Source: Saccostrea cucullata (lineage: Eukaryota). From it: DNA of 64,000 bases. The stretch covers positions 1 through 64,000 of the forward strand of contig NW_026939235.1 in assembly GCF_032062105.1 (NCBI RefSeq), in the 5' to 3' direction. The notes under the pieces are model-generated. The model searched no databases, had not been told where the DNA came from, and saw nothing but the letters and a program-made list of their open reading frames with translations. Shown here piece after piece: positions 1-14,117 of this stretch. Both the position numbers and the translations under genes were made by a program. How positions within the stretch are numbered: the first letter of the stretch is position 1; the number at the start of each line of letters is the position of its first letter.

Positions 1-263
1 ATTTTGATAGGTTTCAAGATTACAGACGCTCCTATCATCTGTATTTTAATATTGGAGAGAATTGTTCACAAAATTTATGGTATCAACAACTGAACTGAAG
101 AGAGTGGAACAAGATTAAAATAGCTTTATGTGAATTGATCACATGACAAATCTGCATTAGTTTTATTATGAATTAATTGATTGTTTTAGTCTGAAGACAC
201 ATGATTCAACACCATTACTTCATGAACAACTTAATTATACAAGACACTGTTTATTACATTGTA

Positions 264-378
264 GGTCACCTGAGTAAACTCAGGTGACCTATTGCTATCT
301 GTTTTCGTCCATTGCTGTGTGTTGTGTGTCGTGCGTTAACATTTGAACATTTTCATCTTCTTCTCTGCAACCACTGAA

Positions 379-409
<31 letters not shown>

Positions 410-658
410 TATGGAGTGAAGGAGAACAAAAATTGTGAATTTCATGATCCCTGCCCCCCCTGGGGCCTGGGGGATGGGGCAAAAACCACTAAAATTAATG
501 CAATCTTTAAAAATCTTTTATTTTACTCCTTGATATCAAGCAGTCAAACTGTTTGCATGATTGTAACCAGCATTGAGTCCTCTACCAAAATTGTGAAATT
601 CATGGCCCATGGGTCAGGGGTTCTAGTGCTAGGGTGGGGCTAAATAAGTATATAGTGT

Positions 659-691
<33 letters not shown>

Positions 692-1541
692 GCTACTGGG
701 TATTAAATAAACCAACTAGGTACATAGTTATGATGAGCAATAGTGCCTCTACCAAAATTGTGAATTTTATGGGCCCAGGGTCAGGGGTTCTGGTGTTAGG
801 GTGGGGCGCTATTGATTATATATAGTGAAAATACATGAATTCTTTGAAAATCTTCTCTGCTCCTGGATATTAAATAAACTAACTAAGTGCATAGTTATCA
901 CGAGCAAGAGTACTTCTACCAAAATTTTGTATTTTATGGCCCCAGGGTCAGGGGTTCTGGTGTTAGGACGGGCCTCTATAGATTATATAGTGAAAATACA
1001 TGAACTCTTTGAAAGAAGTCTTCTCTGCTCCTTGGTATTAAGCAGATGAACTACCTATATAGTTATGATGAGCAAGGGCGCTAATCTTCCAGAATTGTGA
1101 ATCTCAAGCCCCAGGGGTCGGGGATACCATAGGGGGTTTGGGGGGGGGGGCTGTACTTATATACTGAAACTGTATGAATTGTTTGAAATCTGCTCCTTGG
1201 TATTAATCAAAAATTTTTGAAAAGCAAGGGTGTCTTTTCAAAAATTGTGCAATGTGTGTATCTAGGCTAAAGGGTCAGGGGTTCATGTGTGATAGGGGCA
1301 TTACTAATTATTGCTGAATATTACTAATTACTTGAAATGCATTTTTTGTTCCCCTACCCTGCCTATTGGTGTTAAGTAAACAAACTAAGCAACTGCTAAG
1401 TGTATTGTTATGATGATCAATGGTGCCTCTTTCAAAATTGTGAATAGCATAGCATCTGGCTTAAAACGTGAATCAAATTCAATCACTGGAAAGTTGTTGC
1501 ATAATGTTCAGGTGACCTATAAGGCCCATGGGCCTCTTGTT
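264..1541 (+). mobile_element. Non-autonomous Helentron/HINE-type element with internal ~166-170 bp tandem array
   Basis: 5' inverted repeat AGGTCACCTGAG..CTCAGGTGACCT, then a GT-rich microsatellite-like tract. Internal units (CTACCAAAATTGTGAA..GGGTCAGGGGTTCT) recur near 582, 748, 916 and 1088. 3' end is CAGGTGACCT + palindrome GGCCCATGGGCC + TCTTGTT, the layout of bivalve HINE elements. Confidence 0.8.
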
Positions 1542-1833
1542 AACTTAGGCCCATTTAACCCCAGCCACATACTCTCGTTACATATTTGGATGAATTTCAA
1601 TATTTTCCCCCTAAGGATATTTTCCTTATTGAAAACATGCTTAATTTGGATTACACTGATACAGTATATGCACATGAACATATGTGACTAGTTTGTAAGT
1701 AAATACGTTTGTTTATTTGCACCAGCATAGCTTAAAATTGAGGATCCAGATTTGTTTGATATACTTTTTGCACTTATCTATGAATTCGAACCATATTGTT
1801 TCACATTCATCAGAAATATCCTGGATTGACAAT

Positions 1834-1958
1834 TTAAAAGAGATCTCTAATTCTCATTAAGGAAGCAGCTTGGAGATTGTTTTCTGGTTCTTGTTCCATT
1901 GATAATTGTAAGTAGGAATGCAAGGCGGCCTCTTTGTCCCCTGAAATCTGTTGACAGG
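1834..1958 (-). pseudogene. C-terminal remnant of a cGLR/Mab-21 paralog
   Basis: Translates CQQISGDKEAALHSYLQLSMEQEPENNLQAASLMRIRDLF*, matching the C-termini of copies A and E. It abuts a retroelement tail fragment. Confidence 0.8.
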
Positions 1959-2040
1959 TACCTGATCCCACCTCTGATGTTTCGGAGGTCCGTGTTTGCT
2001 CTGCTCCTATTTGTATTGTTTTATGGACTATCCACATCCT
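1958..2040 (+). mobile_element. Penelope-like retroelement 3' tail fragment
   Basis: CCTGATCCCACCTCTGATG..GTCCGTGTTTGCTCTGCTCC is the reverse complement of 44640-44705, which flanks the RT C-terminal remnant at 44815-45080. Another fragment lies at ~13545-13670. Confidence 0.55.
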
Positions 2041-2721
2041 TCTTTGACTTTCAATTTGAATTTCAATTTACCATTATTCTGTCCTCCAACATTCTGATTT
2101 ACTAATGCATTTAAAAAATTTAATTTTTTTTATCTTTGCAAAGTCTTTAAATTTTACTTGGTGTAGTTAATTCTTAACAAAAACTGACCTCTGGTCACTT
2201 ATATGTTATTGGTTGCTAGTTCATCCTAACCAAATACATCTTTTGATTAAAAAGTAAAGAACTGCATACCAATGATTCAATATCTTGGAACGGTCAACAT
2301 CTACCGGTATGTTTATTTTTATCTTTGGAGCTCGCAGGATCGAGTCCAAGAGTAGACGCTCTAACCACTTCGCCACGCGGACAAACCTAACATGTGTTAG
2401 ATACGTTTATTTATAACCATTTGCCAGTGACAAATTGTCAGCTGTCAGTGACAAGTTTACTGCCAACAACAAACACTTACACAGACTAGGCTCATACTAC
2501 GATACTATATAATAAAACATAGCAATTTGTATAAGAATCAATGTTAGTTTATTAGCAATTACATGTACATGTAAAATTTGCAATTTAATTCAAGAATTCT
2601 GTATCATTTAACCTATTTGACGAAGAAAGACAATCAATGTAAGACACTGTAATAATTATTTTTATAAGCATTTCTTTAAGATTGACATGTTACCATACAT
2701 TTTAATATTTCTGCAAAAACA

Positions 2722-3313
2722 CAAAGAATTGTATTCGGTAATAACTAATATTCCCCCCCCCCCCCAATCAAGCTTTGATGGAGATATATTTAATTAAGTT
2801 CGTAAACATGGGTGTATATGCTGACTTCAAAGCACTGAATATTTTCATAAGTAATGACGCCATATGTACATAATGACGTCACAAACATGACGTAATTTTC
2901 AGTTTTTTATGAATTTTACAGAAAAATGTACATATTTGGTCGATATTTTGAGTAAAAGTGAACGAGCGCATGTGTGTTCAGGATCAATATTTTGATATAA
3001 TATGTAGAATGATAATATCAATGAAATATGCCAATATTGTTCCTGAACAGACATGCGCTCTATAAGTTTTGAAGCTTAAATTGTTGAAATTTTGTCCATT
3101 TTGTCCTGTTTCTGAAAAAGGATATAAAATCGGACTAGTTTGTGACGTCATAAAAACAATAATTTGTGAATACACTGCTTTGACACTAAAATGTTTTCTG
3201 TTAATTTATATTTCTCATACAATTTATTCAATTCAGCACATTTCTGGAAGTTTTCAAAATTTGACTTTTGTGGGGGTAAATATATGCAATATACCGCATA
3301 TATATAGTTCTTT
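2722..3313. mobile_element. Non-autonomous DNA element with imperfect terminal inverted repeats
   Basis: Absent from the paralogous flanks at ~10960 and ~18005. Ends are CAAAGAATTGTATTCGG..CCCCC and GGGGG..CCGCATATATATAGTTCTTTG. Confidence 0.5.
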
Positions 3314-3444
3314 GATCAATTTTGCTAGTTTATTTTGAAACAACTCTTTCATTTCTTTTTTGGAATTCACTGGAACGAGTTCATTTTGTAGTAGAAAACA
3401 GCTGTTTCATAATTAGTTAATTGATAGATGAATTGTATGCAGCT

Positions 3445-3590
3445 TAACGTCTCTCTCGAGAATTTTCACTTATATGTAGACACCACAATTTGCCGGTGGA
3501 GAGCTGCAAATTTTGTCCTATACTCGGCACGTAGGGCCATTGAGCAGGGAGGGATCTTTTTCGTGCCAGCGCCTACTGCGACACGGAACA
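3445..3590 (-). mobile_element. MESC/Meta-type SINE 3' fragment
   Basis: Similar to 17430-17580, including the core GGGATCTTTTTCGTGCCA..CCTACTGCGACACGG. Confidence 0.6.
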
Positions 3591-3678
3591 TATATAATTG
3601 ATAAGATAAATATGTAATTTGCTTGTCTTCTTGTTTAATTTATCTGATTAACCACATTTGTTCATAAGCGTGGGGTAT

Positions 3679-6600
3679 TTATCTATTGTACTGCTTTGTT
3701 AATCCAAAAAGATCAGAAATAGCTTTTCTTATAATAGGTAGTTGTCTTATTAATGAAGCAGTTTTAAATTTGCTAACAGGATCTTGTTCCATGGACAGCA
3801 AATACGAACAAAAAGCTGACCTGTACTTTCCGGACATCTGTTGACAGATTCCTAAAATCTGCCATGATATGTCACCCTCCATTACAGATGGAGATTCTAG
3901 TTGGTCTTCGAAAACTAGTGACTGAAGTTCTTGTAATGCTGATTCTGCTTTCACGTGCACTGGGTCAATCTGTGAGTAGCACAAGAACTCAAGCATGTGC
4001 AACAGAAGAATGGCTGGAATAAACGTTATGTTAACATCTTCGTGGCTATTCAAACTATATTGCTGTTCGAGATATAATTCTTTGATGTAACAGATGCCCT
4101 TTTCAAGATTTATTTTCCCTGCTACAACCATTTTTCTTTTGTTAATCCAGATTCGTTTCTCTAATGCGCTTGCATCGATCTCCTTTTCTTTAAAACATTC
4201 ATACATGTCCCTTACACATATCTGATATAACTTGACCTTTATCATTTCTAAATTGGATAAAGCTTCCAAGTATCTACAGGTCCTATAAAAATACATTGAT
4301 AAAAACAACCTTTCAAAAACACTACCGAATTTTACAACTAGGGTCAGCATATACCTGGACATTTTGTCAGCTGTATAATTTAGTTTGTTTTTTCTTTTGT
4401 TAAAGTACTGATTGTGTAATAAAAATGCAGTGCTCTGAAAAACAGTGGTTACCATTTTTTGTAAAAAGACGACTTTATACCGTGACAGTGGTCTAATAAT
4501 CAGCTGCTCAAGTATCTGTAGGCTTTGTATGCAACCGAGTAGATTACCTCTATCTAATGAAGCACTTATTCCCATTTCTTGGAAAGTTATTTCTTCATGT
4601 GTGCAAAGAAGTTGTCCAGGGTTATTCGGTTGATGAATCATATTGCTAATTGTGGAACTGTATGGTAGAGAGGAATATCCTCTCTCATACAACGCATACA
4701 GTGTAATAAATAAGTCATTCTGTGCTTTCCCTTGTATTTTACCTAGAAATATGTTGTTTTTTGGGATGAAAAAATTAGGACAAACTCCTTCATACACGCA
4801 TTTTAGGATGAACCTAAAGAAATCCCAGAAACCCTCCAGCAGATTTTGAGGACACCAGTCACGAACTGTGTTTTGCTGAAGCACCCAGAAAACTGCTGTT
4901 TTCATGTGATATGAGCACAGTATTTTATCTTCAGCACATACTCCATGGTTAACAACTTCTTTTAGGAACAATTTTAGCATGCCATACGTTAAAAACTGAG
5001 AGTGGTTCATAGAATACACAAGTTTTTGTTCTGCAAGAGAAAAAGAGATTCTCCATTCATCGTCTTCATGATTCCCTTGTTTGTGTCCGATTGGTACGAG
5101 GTGACATCCACTTTTCACTATTTCATTAACTCTTTGAGATCCCGGCCAGGCTTGAGATCTGGCTATCCATGGGGAAGCCAATGGAGGCCAAATGTCACAG
5201 GCAAAACAATGAGCAGTGTCAAAATCCATATCGTACATAAAACCACTGCTACATGGGCCATGTTCCGTAAAACCTGGAAATAAGCCAGAAAGGGTGACTT
5301 TGCGGAGTTCAGAACTAGATATGTAAAATCTATCATTTATACTGATACCGGCCAAATACACACTATCCATATTTGTAAGTGTCATTAAAACTAGAAGTGT
5401 GTATCCTGGCGGACTTTCAGAGCCGTCAGAAAGAATCAATGTTTGTTTATCTGTATTGTAATTTTGTGCCTGTTCCTTGTCCCAGATAACTTTATGATCT
5501 TTAGACCACATCATAATGTCTATATCTGATCCTTTAAATCTGAATCCTTATCTGCGACTTCCACTTGGCAAAAATTGGAACTGAACATCTGCTCCATGCA
5601 ATGTATCCATCATATCGATGAGATCCAGGGCATCTCTTCTCATTGCAACCTGTTGAGGAGTCCCCAAATTACGGCACAGTCCCTCAAACACTGATTGTGA
5701 TATACGCTTCATGCCGATGTCTCTGAAAATGTAACATAATGAAAAATAGCATTAATATACATTATAAAGTGTTCAAAATATAGTTTGAATTGTCAGAAAT
5801 ATTACATTAAACATTTTTTTTACGAAATCTGAACCTTAATATTTTCACTTAACCCTAACATTCGTTAAATTTTGACAACTCTCCAAGAAAGTAATTATGC
5901 GGAGACAAAAGGATATGAAGCACTTAAAATACGTACTCGAAAAAGAAAATACAAAAAGCTAGTTTATTTAATTTCTTTTTTGTATCACACATGTACGCTA
6001 AAAGTTTTAGAAATTATACTGCCCTCAAAATCAAAAGGGGTCTTTCTAAGGACAAAGGCAGTTATGTTTTACTTATGCAACAAAAATGCTTTCTGTGGTT
6101 GTTACGGAAACTAATGATGCAGCTATTGCAGAAAAAAATACGTAACCCGCGTAACAGATTTTATTTTTTATATTTATATATATGTATAAATAATAATTTA
6201 AAGTAGGATAAAAACAGATTGATTATTGTATAATTGTATTACGCCATATAGTATGTTTCATTGATGGAACACCCACTGGTGTTTTTGTACAGGTGATATG
6301 CCTTGTGTTGTCCATGAACTGATCAACTGCAATGGTTCTCTTAATTAATAAAGGAGAAAATATTCAGTGGAATGTAAAAAAAAAATTTCAAAGTGGATTT
6401 CTTTGTTAGCATTTTCTGTATTTTAAAGGGAACAAATCCGCCTTTCTCTTGCAGTTTTAAAATCACTCTATTGTTATTGTTAGGTTGCATATGAATGAAC
6501 TTTAAAGAATTCTTTAGACCATTGTTTTCATTTCAATTCAAACGTCATTGCATTATTAAATTCTAATCGGAAAATATTGGGATATTAGATATTTGATCAA

Positions 6601-6864
6601 TTTCTACAGAAATATGAATGATATAAAACATTTTGTCACGGAGTAATATTTCTATAGTGAAATAATTCCACCTTTTGTAAACAAGCTCAAACAAGCTGCG
6701 CGATTTTTTTTTCAAGTTTTCTCTTGTAAATAAGTGTAATACATGATACTCAATTATCGACAATGATAAAAAGATTAGATTCATATTAAGATTGATAATT
6801 AACGTAAAATAAAATTAATAAAACAAGATGTCACTTACTTTTTCGACATAGTGTCTGAATCCAT
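3679..6864 (-). pseudogene. cGLR/Mab-21 nucleotidyltransferase copy A; exons 6864-6839 and 5722-3679; single nonsense codon at 5548-5550
   Basis: Motifs GSRR*GFRFKGSDID, DFDTAHCF, EWRISFS, SYHMKT, CPNFFIP. TAA stands where paralogs have GAA. Exon 1 ATGGATTCAGACACTATGTCGAAAAA|GTAAGT joins TTTTCAG|AGACATCGGCATG in frame, giving 689 codons if the stop is ignored. Confidence 0.9.
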
Positions 6865-7108
6865 TTTTTCTTATTGAAAATTACCAGTAAAATTACCCAA
6901 CTCAGAGAATTAGACAAAAAATCCTACTGAGGTATTTTTAGTTTGTTGCAAACTTTAAAGGGAATTCGATACGTAGTAGGCCATAATATGATCAATCAAT
7001 ATTCATACGTGTTTTCCCTGGTAGAGTCAACCAAAGAATTGTTAAATACAATTTGTTCAAAGTAACTGAATGTTAAAAAGGTGAAATTATTTCACTATAG
7101 AACTATTA

Positions 7109-7958
7109 CTGTATAGGGGGAAAATAACTCGCGGTGTTAATATTCGCTATATTCAGGGTGATAATAAATCCGTGAATTCAAGAAACAGTGAATGATTTTT
7201 CAATAATCTCCATTTTTTTTTGAAATTTGAAAACAGACTACGATAGGTTTTAATACATGTACCTCAGTACATGGTCATTTCAGTAATTACGAGTAGTACT
7301 TGTCATTCAATTATTTTAATTAGCACGCTTTACATTAATTCCAGTCAACAGATAATAACCTTCTGTAATTTAATAGCCAACGCTATATGTTTCATCAATA
7401 AAACATGTGTGACATGAAATTGATTACCCGTGCGTAACTTAGGTTACCACGCACAGTGTGTGCATTACCTGCATATTATCATGCATATTATAGTTTTTAT
7501 CGACATTTTGATTAAAAAAAATCATTCAAATAACTATCGAACCTACTAAAGATTTGGAAGGATATTATTTCGTCGACCTACATTAACACATTTATTACCG
7601 TCCAGTGGTTTTTCGCCGCGATGTATTGAAGATCTTGGGGTGTATATGCACTCATCGTAATAGAAAGTTATTTGACGTTTATAGTCAAGGGCTTTTGATA
7701 ACTGCTCCTGTTTTCATTAATCGTCAATTATTTATTAAGTCTAACTATTTTATATTAACCTACCCTATCGTTCGTGAAATAAAGGCATAACAATGATGAA
7801 TGTCGTTTATAATTACATGTCGCTACATGGATTAAACGGATATAGACAAGGGGGTAACTTCTATAACATAAGAATTCCGCGAATTCAAGAAACCGCGATC
7901 GTGTCCGATGAGAGAAAACCGTGAATATCACAACCCGTGAAATTAATCCCCTATACAG
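7109..7958. mobile_element. MITE with TA target-site duplication
   Basis: TIRs CTGTATAGGGG / CCCCTATACAG, flanked by TA on both sides. The empty site ATTACTCCGTGAC is visible in the paralogous block at ~21581. Confidence 0.9.
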
Positions 7959-8084
7959 TACTCCGTGACAAAATGTTTTATATCATTCATATATCTGTAG
8001 AAATTGATCAAATATCTATTAACCCAATATTTCCTGATTAGAATTTAATAATGCAATTACGTTTGAATTGAAATGAAAACAATT

Positions 8085-10370
8085 ATTAAGTGTTTAGTTT
8101 TGAAATGTTTTTTGAAATCCCAAACTGTCTGTCTTTCAATTTGTCTTTCTGTTCTTTGTCTCTTTATACAATTTTTAAAAATTCCACTACTTTTATAGTG
8201 TTCCTGCAATTTCAGGACTAATGGACACAAAAGTAAACTACACCCAGGTACACAAAGCTGCATATCGTTTATTCTTTAATTAGTCGAATAATGTTGCCAT
8301 GACAACATAAAATACTTTCACAATCTCTCTTTCGCAGTTTTTGTCTGCCTTCATTAAAAATAGGCATACAAGTAAAGAACAGAATGAAATATAGTTTTGT
8401 TTATTTCTTTATTTCTTTTTTTCGATGAAGGGCATTGCCATTGTTATTTAAATTAATGTCTGTGAAATTTATGAAATTCTTTTCCCCTCATTATTTTGGT
8501 CTGATTTTAATTGAACCTGCCCTACAAGTAGATACATTAAGATTAATACTTCTTTGTATCATTGTATCTTTTTTTTTTATTTTAAGACGAACCTATTGAT
8601 CATTTAATTAATATTACAAAATGAAAATTCTAGTTTGCAATTTTCATCATCATAAAGAAAACGCCTTATGCAAAATAATGATAATAAAAATCGCAGAAAA
8701 TTATAACCTAAATGAAAAAAACAATGCGACTGACTCTAGATCCTGTGCATTAAAAGAACAATTGAAAATTAAGATTTAAAACCTTCTACTGATAATAACA
8801 TGGCAGAAATTACTTGCAAGCATTTTTGTGTTATTTTTTGTAATGAGTCTAATAATAGGATGGAAGAAGAAACAGAAGAAGCAAAGCTTAAAAATATTGG
8901 ATATAGTCTATTCCCCATTCATTTGACACTGTTGTTTTAGGTAGATTAAAGACATTCTCCTTTTTTTGGTCAACACTTTTGTGTACAAAACAATGCAAGG
9001 AACCCTTCTGTGTACATAACAATACCAATGCTGAAGCAGCCTATGTGTCATTCCTTTAAAGGATAATTCATAAATAGGCACTTGGTCATTTTTCACACTT
9101 CAGTGACCTGTCCTTAAAACACATCATCGTAATAGTCAACTACAAATAATTAAACTTTTTAATAATTTAATTAAAGGTATGCATAAGTTTTTATCTTATT
9201 TGATAATTTCATGTACATATTATTCTATCAACAAGCGTATGAATTTTTTCAATATGAGCAACTTGAAAAATTAGTTGAAAGGCCTACGTAAAAGACCAAA
9301 GTCTAACTTCTGACGTAATTATAACATTCAAAGTACCTTAAAATCATTATAATGTTTAAAAAAAAAAGACAACAATGATAATCCGCTTTCCGAATGTAGT
9401 TTATCTATTTATTAACAACCATACAAGAATTACCGAAAAATAAGACAAAAATAAAGACTGTATTGTTTGTCTGGAATTACCCCATGTCCGTAATTGAACG
9501 GATATCCCGTAATACATATTTAATTCTATACACAATCCACGTCTGCAAAATTTTGTCACACAATGATACATGCATAACGCTTTAATATTGCCAAAAAAAC
9601 CTTTCACACTTGCCATATAAGATTTTACTATCAATAATATCAGTACCGTGGTATACCCTTCGCATTTGTTATATAAACCTATCTGCAAAGTTTAAAACGT
9701 TCGCACGATTGTTTGTATTTTCCTTTGAAATCTTTCAGTAAAAATGTTTCCCAAGATATTTTTTATAAAAAGTATGTGAAATAACAATATTTTCCTGTTT
9801 ATACAACATATTTTAAATATTTAGAGACTTCGTGTATGTCACTTTGGAATAAAACGCATAAGGACGTTTCTCCTTAACATGGATTGAATTGTGAACAAAA
9901 TCAGTCATTTATATGCATTTCACGTACACTTTAAGCAAAAGCTTTTGTAATATAATTCACCAGCTGCAAATATAACTATGTTGAACTTCATTTCTATGCT
10001 TTACTCTCAGTGCATGATTAAGGTACTCATCTTATATACAGATAAAATATTTTATCTTAACGCCTATTGAACTTTTATCGAATGATAGGGAGTGAATGCA
10101 TTATAGTTCTTTATGTAAATTTAAAGGCTGCTGATGTTCTCATGGTATGGAATGCACCAGCTGCCCACAGTCAGAGTACAATATACATGTACATTTTCAT
10201 CTACATGTTATATAATTAGGACCCCTGATATTGAAAAAAAGCACATTTACAGAAAATCTGTATAAGTTTGCAGCACTTTTCACAAATTCTGAGAGTGATG
10301 AAAATATTTTTAATAGACTTATATTTAAAACTGAGTGTGCCCTTTTAGCATTAGAATTTAATGATGACAT
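8085..10370. repeat. Segmental duplication of the cGLR upstream region
   Basis: 8085-9686 matches ~22420-23971 and 9687-10370 matches ~29207-30302. Partial copies lie at ~33950-34278 and, inverted, at ~45840-46240. Confidence 0.85.
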
Positions 10371-11213
10371 CCCCCCTCCCCTTGCCCCCCTGTTGCTCCG
10401 TGCCTGTCTGCGCAATATCTGGAGAAGCCTTTAAATTGAGCTTCTGTAATGAAATACCTTTACCCTGTGGCCCAAAATCAACTCTATTTATTTCTTTATT
10501 TCAAGGTCAAAGTTCAAATGATAAGATCATTAAGTAAAAAACTATGTGTTTGAACTCTTTCATGTCTCCGCGATATCTCAAGAAGCCTTTCAGCTTTTGC
10601 TTTAAAATTTTACACCACAACTCCCCATGGCCTAAGAAAAAAAACACTTATTTGATATAGAGGTCAACAGGTCAAGGTCGTAGGTTCTAATATCCATTTT
10701 GTGAGTTAAACTTTTATTTATAATCATCTGTCGGTAAAAGTTTACCAACAACAAGTACTTACATGGAATAGCCTACTACGATTTACATATAAAAAAACTA
10801 CGATTTACATATAAAAATGACAATTCAATTCAAGGATTCTGTAACATTTAATCCATCAAAAATAGAAAGATAATTAATGCAAGACAACGGAACAATCATT
10901 TTATTAGCATTGATTTTAAGATGGACATGTTACCATACATTTAAATTTTAGTGCACAAACGCAATGTTCATTATTTTTGCTGGTTTATTTCGAAACAAAT
11001 CTTTATTTGGATTTCATTTGAACACGTTCAACTGTTTCATAGTTGGTAAATTGAAAGGATAAATATGTAGTTTGTTTGTCATCGTGTTTAATTTATTTGA
11101 ATAACTACATTTGTTCATCAACGTGGTGTATTTTTCTATATATTCATTATATTGTTATGCTATGTTTTTCCATAACGATCAAAATTAACTTTTCTAAAAA
11201 TAAATAGTTGTCT

Positions 11214-12347
11214 TCATAATGAAGCAGTTTCAAATTTGCTAACAGGATCGTGTCCCATTGAAAGCAAATACGAAAATAAAGCTGACTTGTACTTTCCGGA
11301 CATCTGTTGACAGATTCCCAAAATCTGCCATGATATGTCTCCCTTCATTATAGATAGAGATTTTAGTTGGTCTTCGAAAACTAGTGACTCAAGTTCTTCT
11401 AATGATGATGGTGCTTTCACAGGATCAATTATTGTGTAGCACAAGAGCTCCAGCATGTGCATTAGAAGAATAGCTGGAATAAACATTATGTTAAAAACTT
11501 CGAGGCTATTCAAACTGTATTGCTGTTCGAGATATAATTCCTCGATGTTACCGATGCCCTTTTCCAGATTTACTAGCCCTGCCTCCAGCATTTTTTACTT
11601 ATAAATCCAGAGTCTTTATTCTAATTCGCTTGCATCGATCTCTTTTTCTTTAAAATATCCGTTCATGTCCCTTACACGTTTCTGATGTAGTTTGACCTTT
11701 GCAATTTCTAAACTTGATAAAGCTTCCAAGTATCTGCAGGTCCTATAAAAATACATGGATAAAAACAACCTTTCAGAAAGACTTCCAAATTTTACAGCTA
11801 GTTTCAGCATATACCTGGACAGTTTGTCAGCTGTATACTTTAGTTTGTTTCCTCTTTTGTTAAATAACTGATTATGTAATAAAAATGCAGTGCTCTGAAA
11901 AAGAGTGGTTACCATTTTTTCCAACAAGACGACTTTATACCGCGACAGTGATCCAATTACCAATTGCTCAAGTACTTGTAAGCTTTGTATGCAACCGAGT
12001 AGATTATCTCTATGTAACAAAGTACATATTCCCAATTCTTGGAAAGTTCTTTCTATATCGGATTTCAAAATATGTTCATCTGTGCAAATAAGTTGTCCAG
12101 AGTTATTCAGTTCATGTATCATATAACTGCTGATTGTGGAACTGTATAGTAGAGATGAATATCCTCTCTCATACAACGCATACAGTTTAATAAATAAATC
12201 ATTTTGTGCTTTCCCGTATATTTTTTCCAAAAATATGTTGTTTAATGGGATGAAAAAATTAGGACAAACTCCTTCATACACACATTTAAGAATATACCTA
12301 AACGAATCCAAGAAACAGTCGGTCAGAGTTTGAGGACACCAGTGACT
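11214..12347 (-). pseudogene. cGLR copy B, 5'-truncated
   Basis: Homology starts at WCPQ; the nucleotidyltransferase lobe is absent. In-frame stops in ELE*RLWIYK*KML (~11595-11618) and a premature TGA at 11214. Confidence 0.9.
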
Positions 12348-14117
12348 CAGATCACCATCAACCTTATATGCAATGCATAAAAATAAATTTACTGAACCTA
12401 TCATATTACACCGACTTTCATGTAGTAATATACCACAGGAACCGGTAACATACTTTTTTGCGTATACTTATATATTAGTATCTTTTTGTATATATAGTGA
12501 TTGCGTAAAATCTAATATAGTATGTTGCCGGCCCCTGTGTAATATACTGTACATATGAAAAACTCTACATAAAAATGTGAACTAACTTACGTCTTTACTG
12601 AAAAGTGTTTTTTCTGGTAGAAATCCTAGGTTCACATCTGTATTTTCAAATTCTTTTTTATATGTAGTTTCACGTTTTATCACTAGAATGAAATCACTCT
12701 TATAGTTGGAATCAGCAGCTCAAAAATAGGCTTTAGTCTTGAAGTTTTCTACTTAAATTGACCTTCTGGGACTTGTCAAGTATTTGCATTCGCTAGAGTA
12801 GTTAAAATTGAGTCGTATCATCATTGTCACGCTTCAAAACTTTCCTTCTTTTTGATGCGCATTACAGGTAAAAAATGTAAAGCTAGTGTATTTTGTAACC
12901 CTGAGAGAATAAGGCTATTGAAAGACATAAGGTTTTATTAAATATCTGCCAATCCATGTATCATATTTTGTTGGAAAAATGTATTAAGTATATTTAAGTT
13001 GTTATAAATGGCGTGCAACACATATATTGTTTACTGGTTTAACTAAAGCGAGAATCCAGATTAATTATATCATCGTTTTGTATTCGTACAAATCTTCTAT
13101 GACATAAAAAATGCAATATCTCTTCCTTTCAAGAATCTTATAATCACATTGCTTTTTATTTGAAATTCTTTGAAATTTAATCAGCAACAAAAAGAAAACA
13201 TAAATAGTACGTAACATTCTAAAATCAAATTTCTGTGAAGCACGGAGTCCATGTCATTCATTAATATTTTTTTATAATTAGAGGACTTCTGAAATAAGAT
13301 AAGGCATAGCAAAGAGGAGCTTCAATAATAATAAAGTGTACTTTGTTACATTTTATTTATATGCTTTTTCTCGGTAATGTCACTTGAAAATGACTCAGAC
13401 ATGAAGTTAAACAAGTACTTTACTTGTGAGTACATTACCGGAGAATATGTCATGCGAGAGAACCAGTTTCCTTAGCTTCCGTGTTTACCATTTAATAACT
13501 TACTGTTTACTGTTTAGAATGTACTCCTGTTTTGAAAAAAATAAGATAACGAACAGAGTGTGATCTCAAATAATCTATAAATAATACAAATCTGTGAAGA
13601 GAGCAATCACACGGACCCCTGGGAATTCCAGACGTGGGATTCGGTGCTGAGGAGAAATAAGCATTCTCAGAAAACCATATACAACAGTGCCGTGAATATA
13701 GGTCTATCCTGAAAATGCTAAGACCAAATTTTAATTCTATTTATATGTTTTGAACAATATATGTAAAGAAAAGTACTGTTGCTTTTAATGAATCTGGAGA
13801 ATGCATAGGCATTCCATAACAAATTTATCTCTGTATTGTTTTTCAGATAGATTCTATTTTTACTCTCTGACAAGCTCAGCAAATTAAAGATCACCTGAAA
13901 TCATTAGACAAGAAAAGTGAAGACATAACAAATGTAAATATCGAATATTTATGTTTCTACAACACTAATTCTTTAATTCCAATAGGTTATTGTGATGTCA
14001 TACTAGTAATCAGTTGACGTACCTTTGAGTTCATTTCGTTTTCGGATTGTTTGCAAATCCTGAATACATGGTCAGAATAAAAAAAAAACATTGTTAAACT
14101 TGTTATATCCTGGTCTA

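Noticed and set aside
395-1691. Short ORFs in the first 1.7 kb
   Set aside because: Incidental frames within the Helentron-associated repeat array.
4445-5283. Plus-strand ORFs recurring opposite each cGLR copy (also 11885-12333, 18916-19755, 56943-57143)
   Set aside because: Antisense shadows of the cGLR coding strand; they recur only because the gene is duplicated.
5872-6206. Near-identical short ORFs at 5872/5991 and 20346/20465
   Set aside because: They lie in the duplicated intron; identity reflects recent duplication or conversion, and there are no protein motifs.
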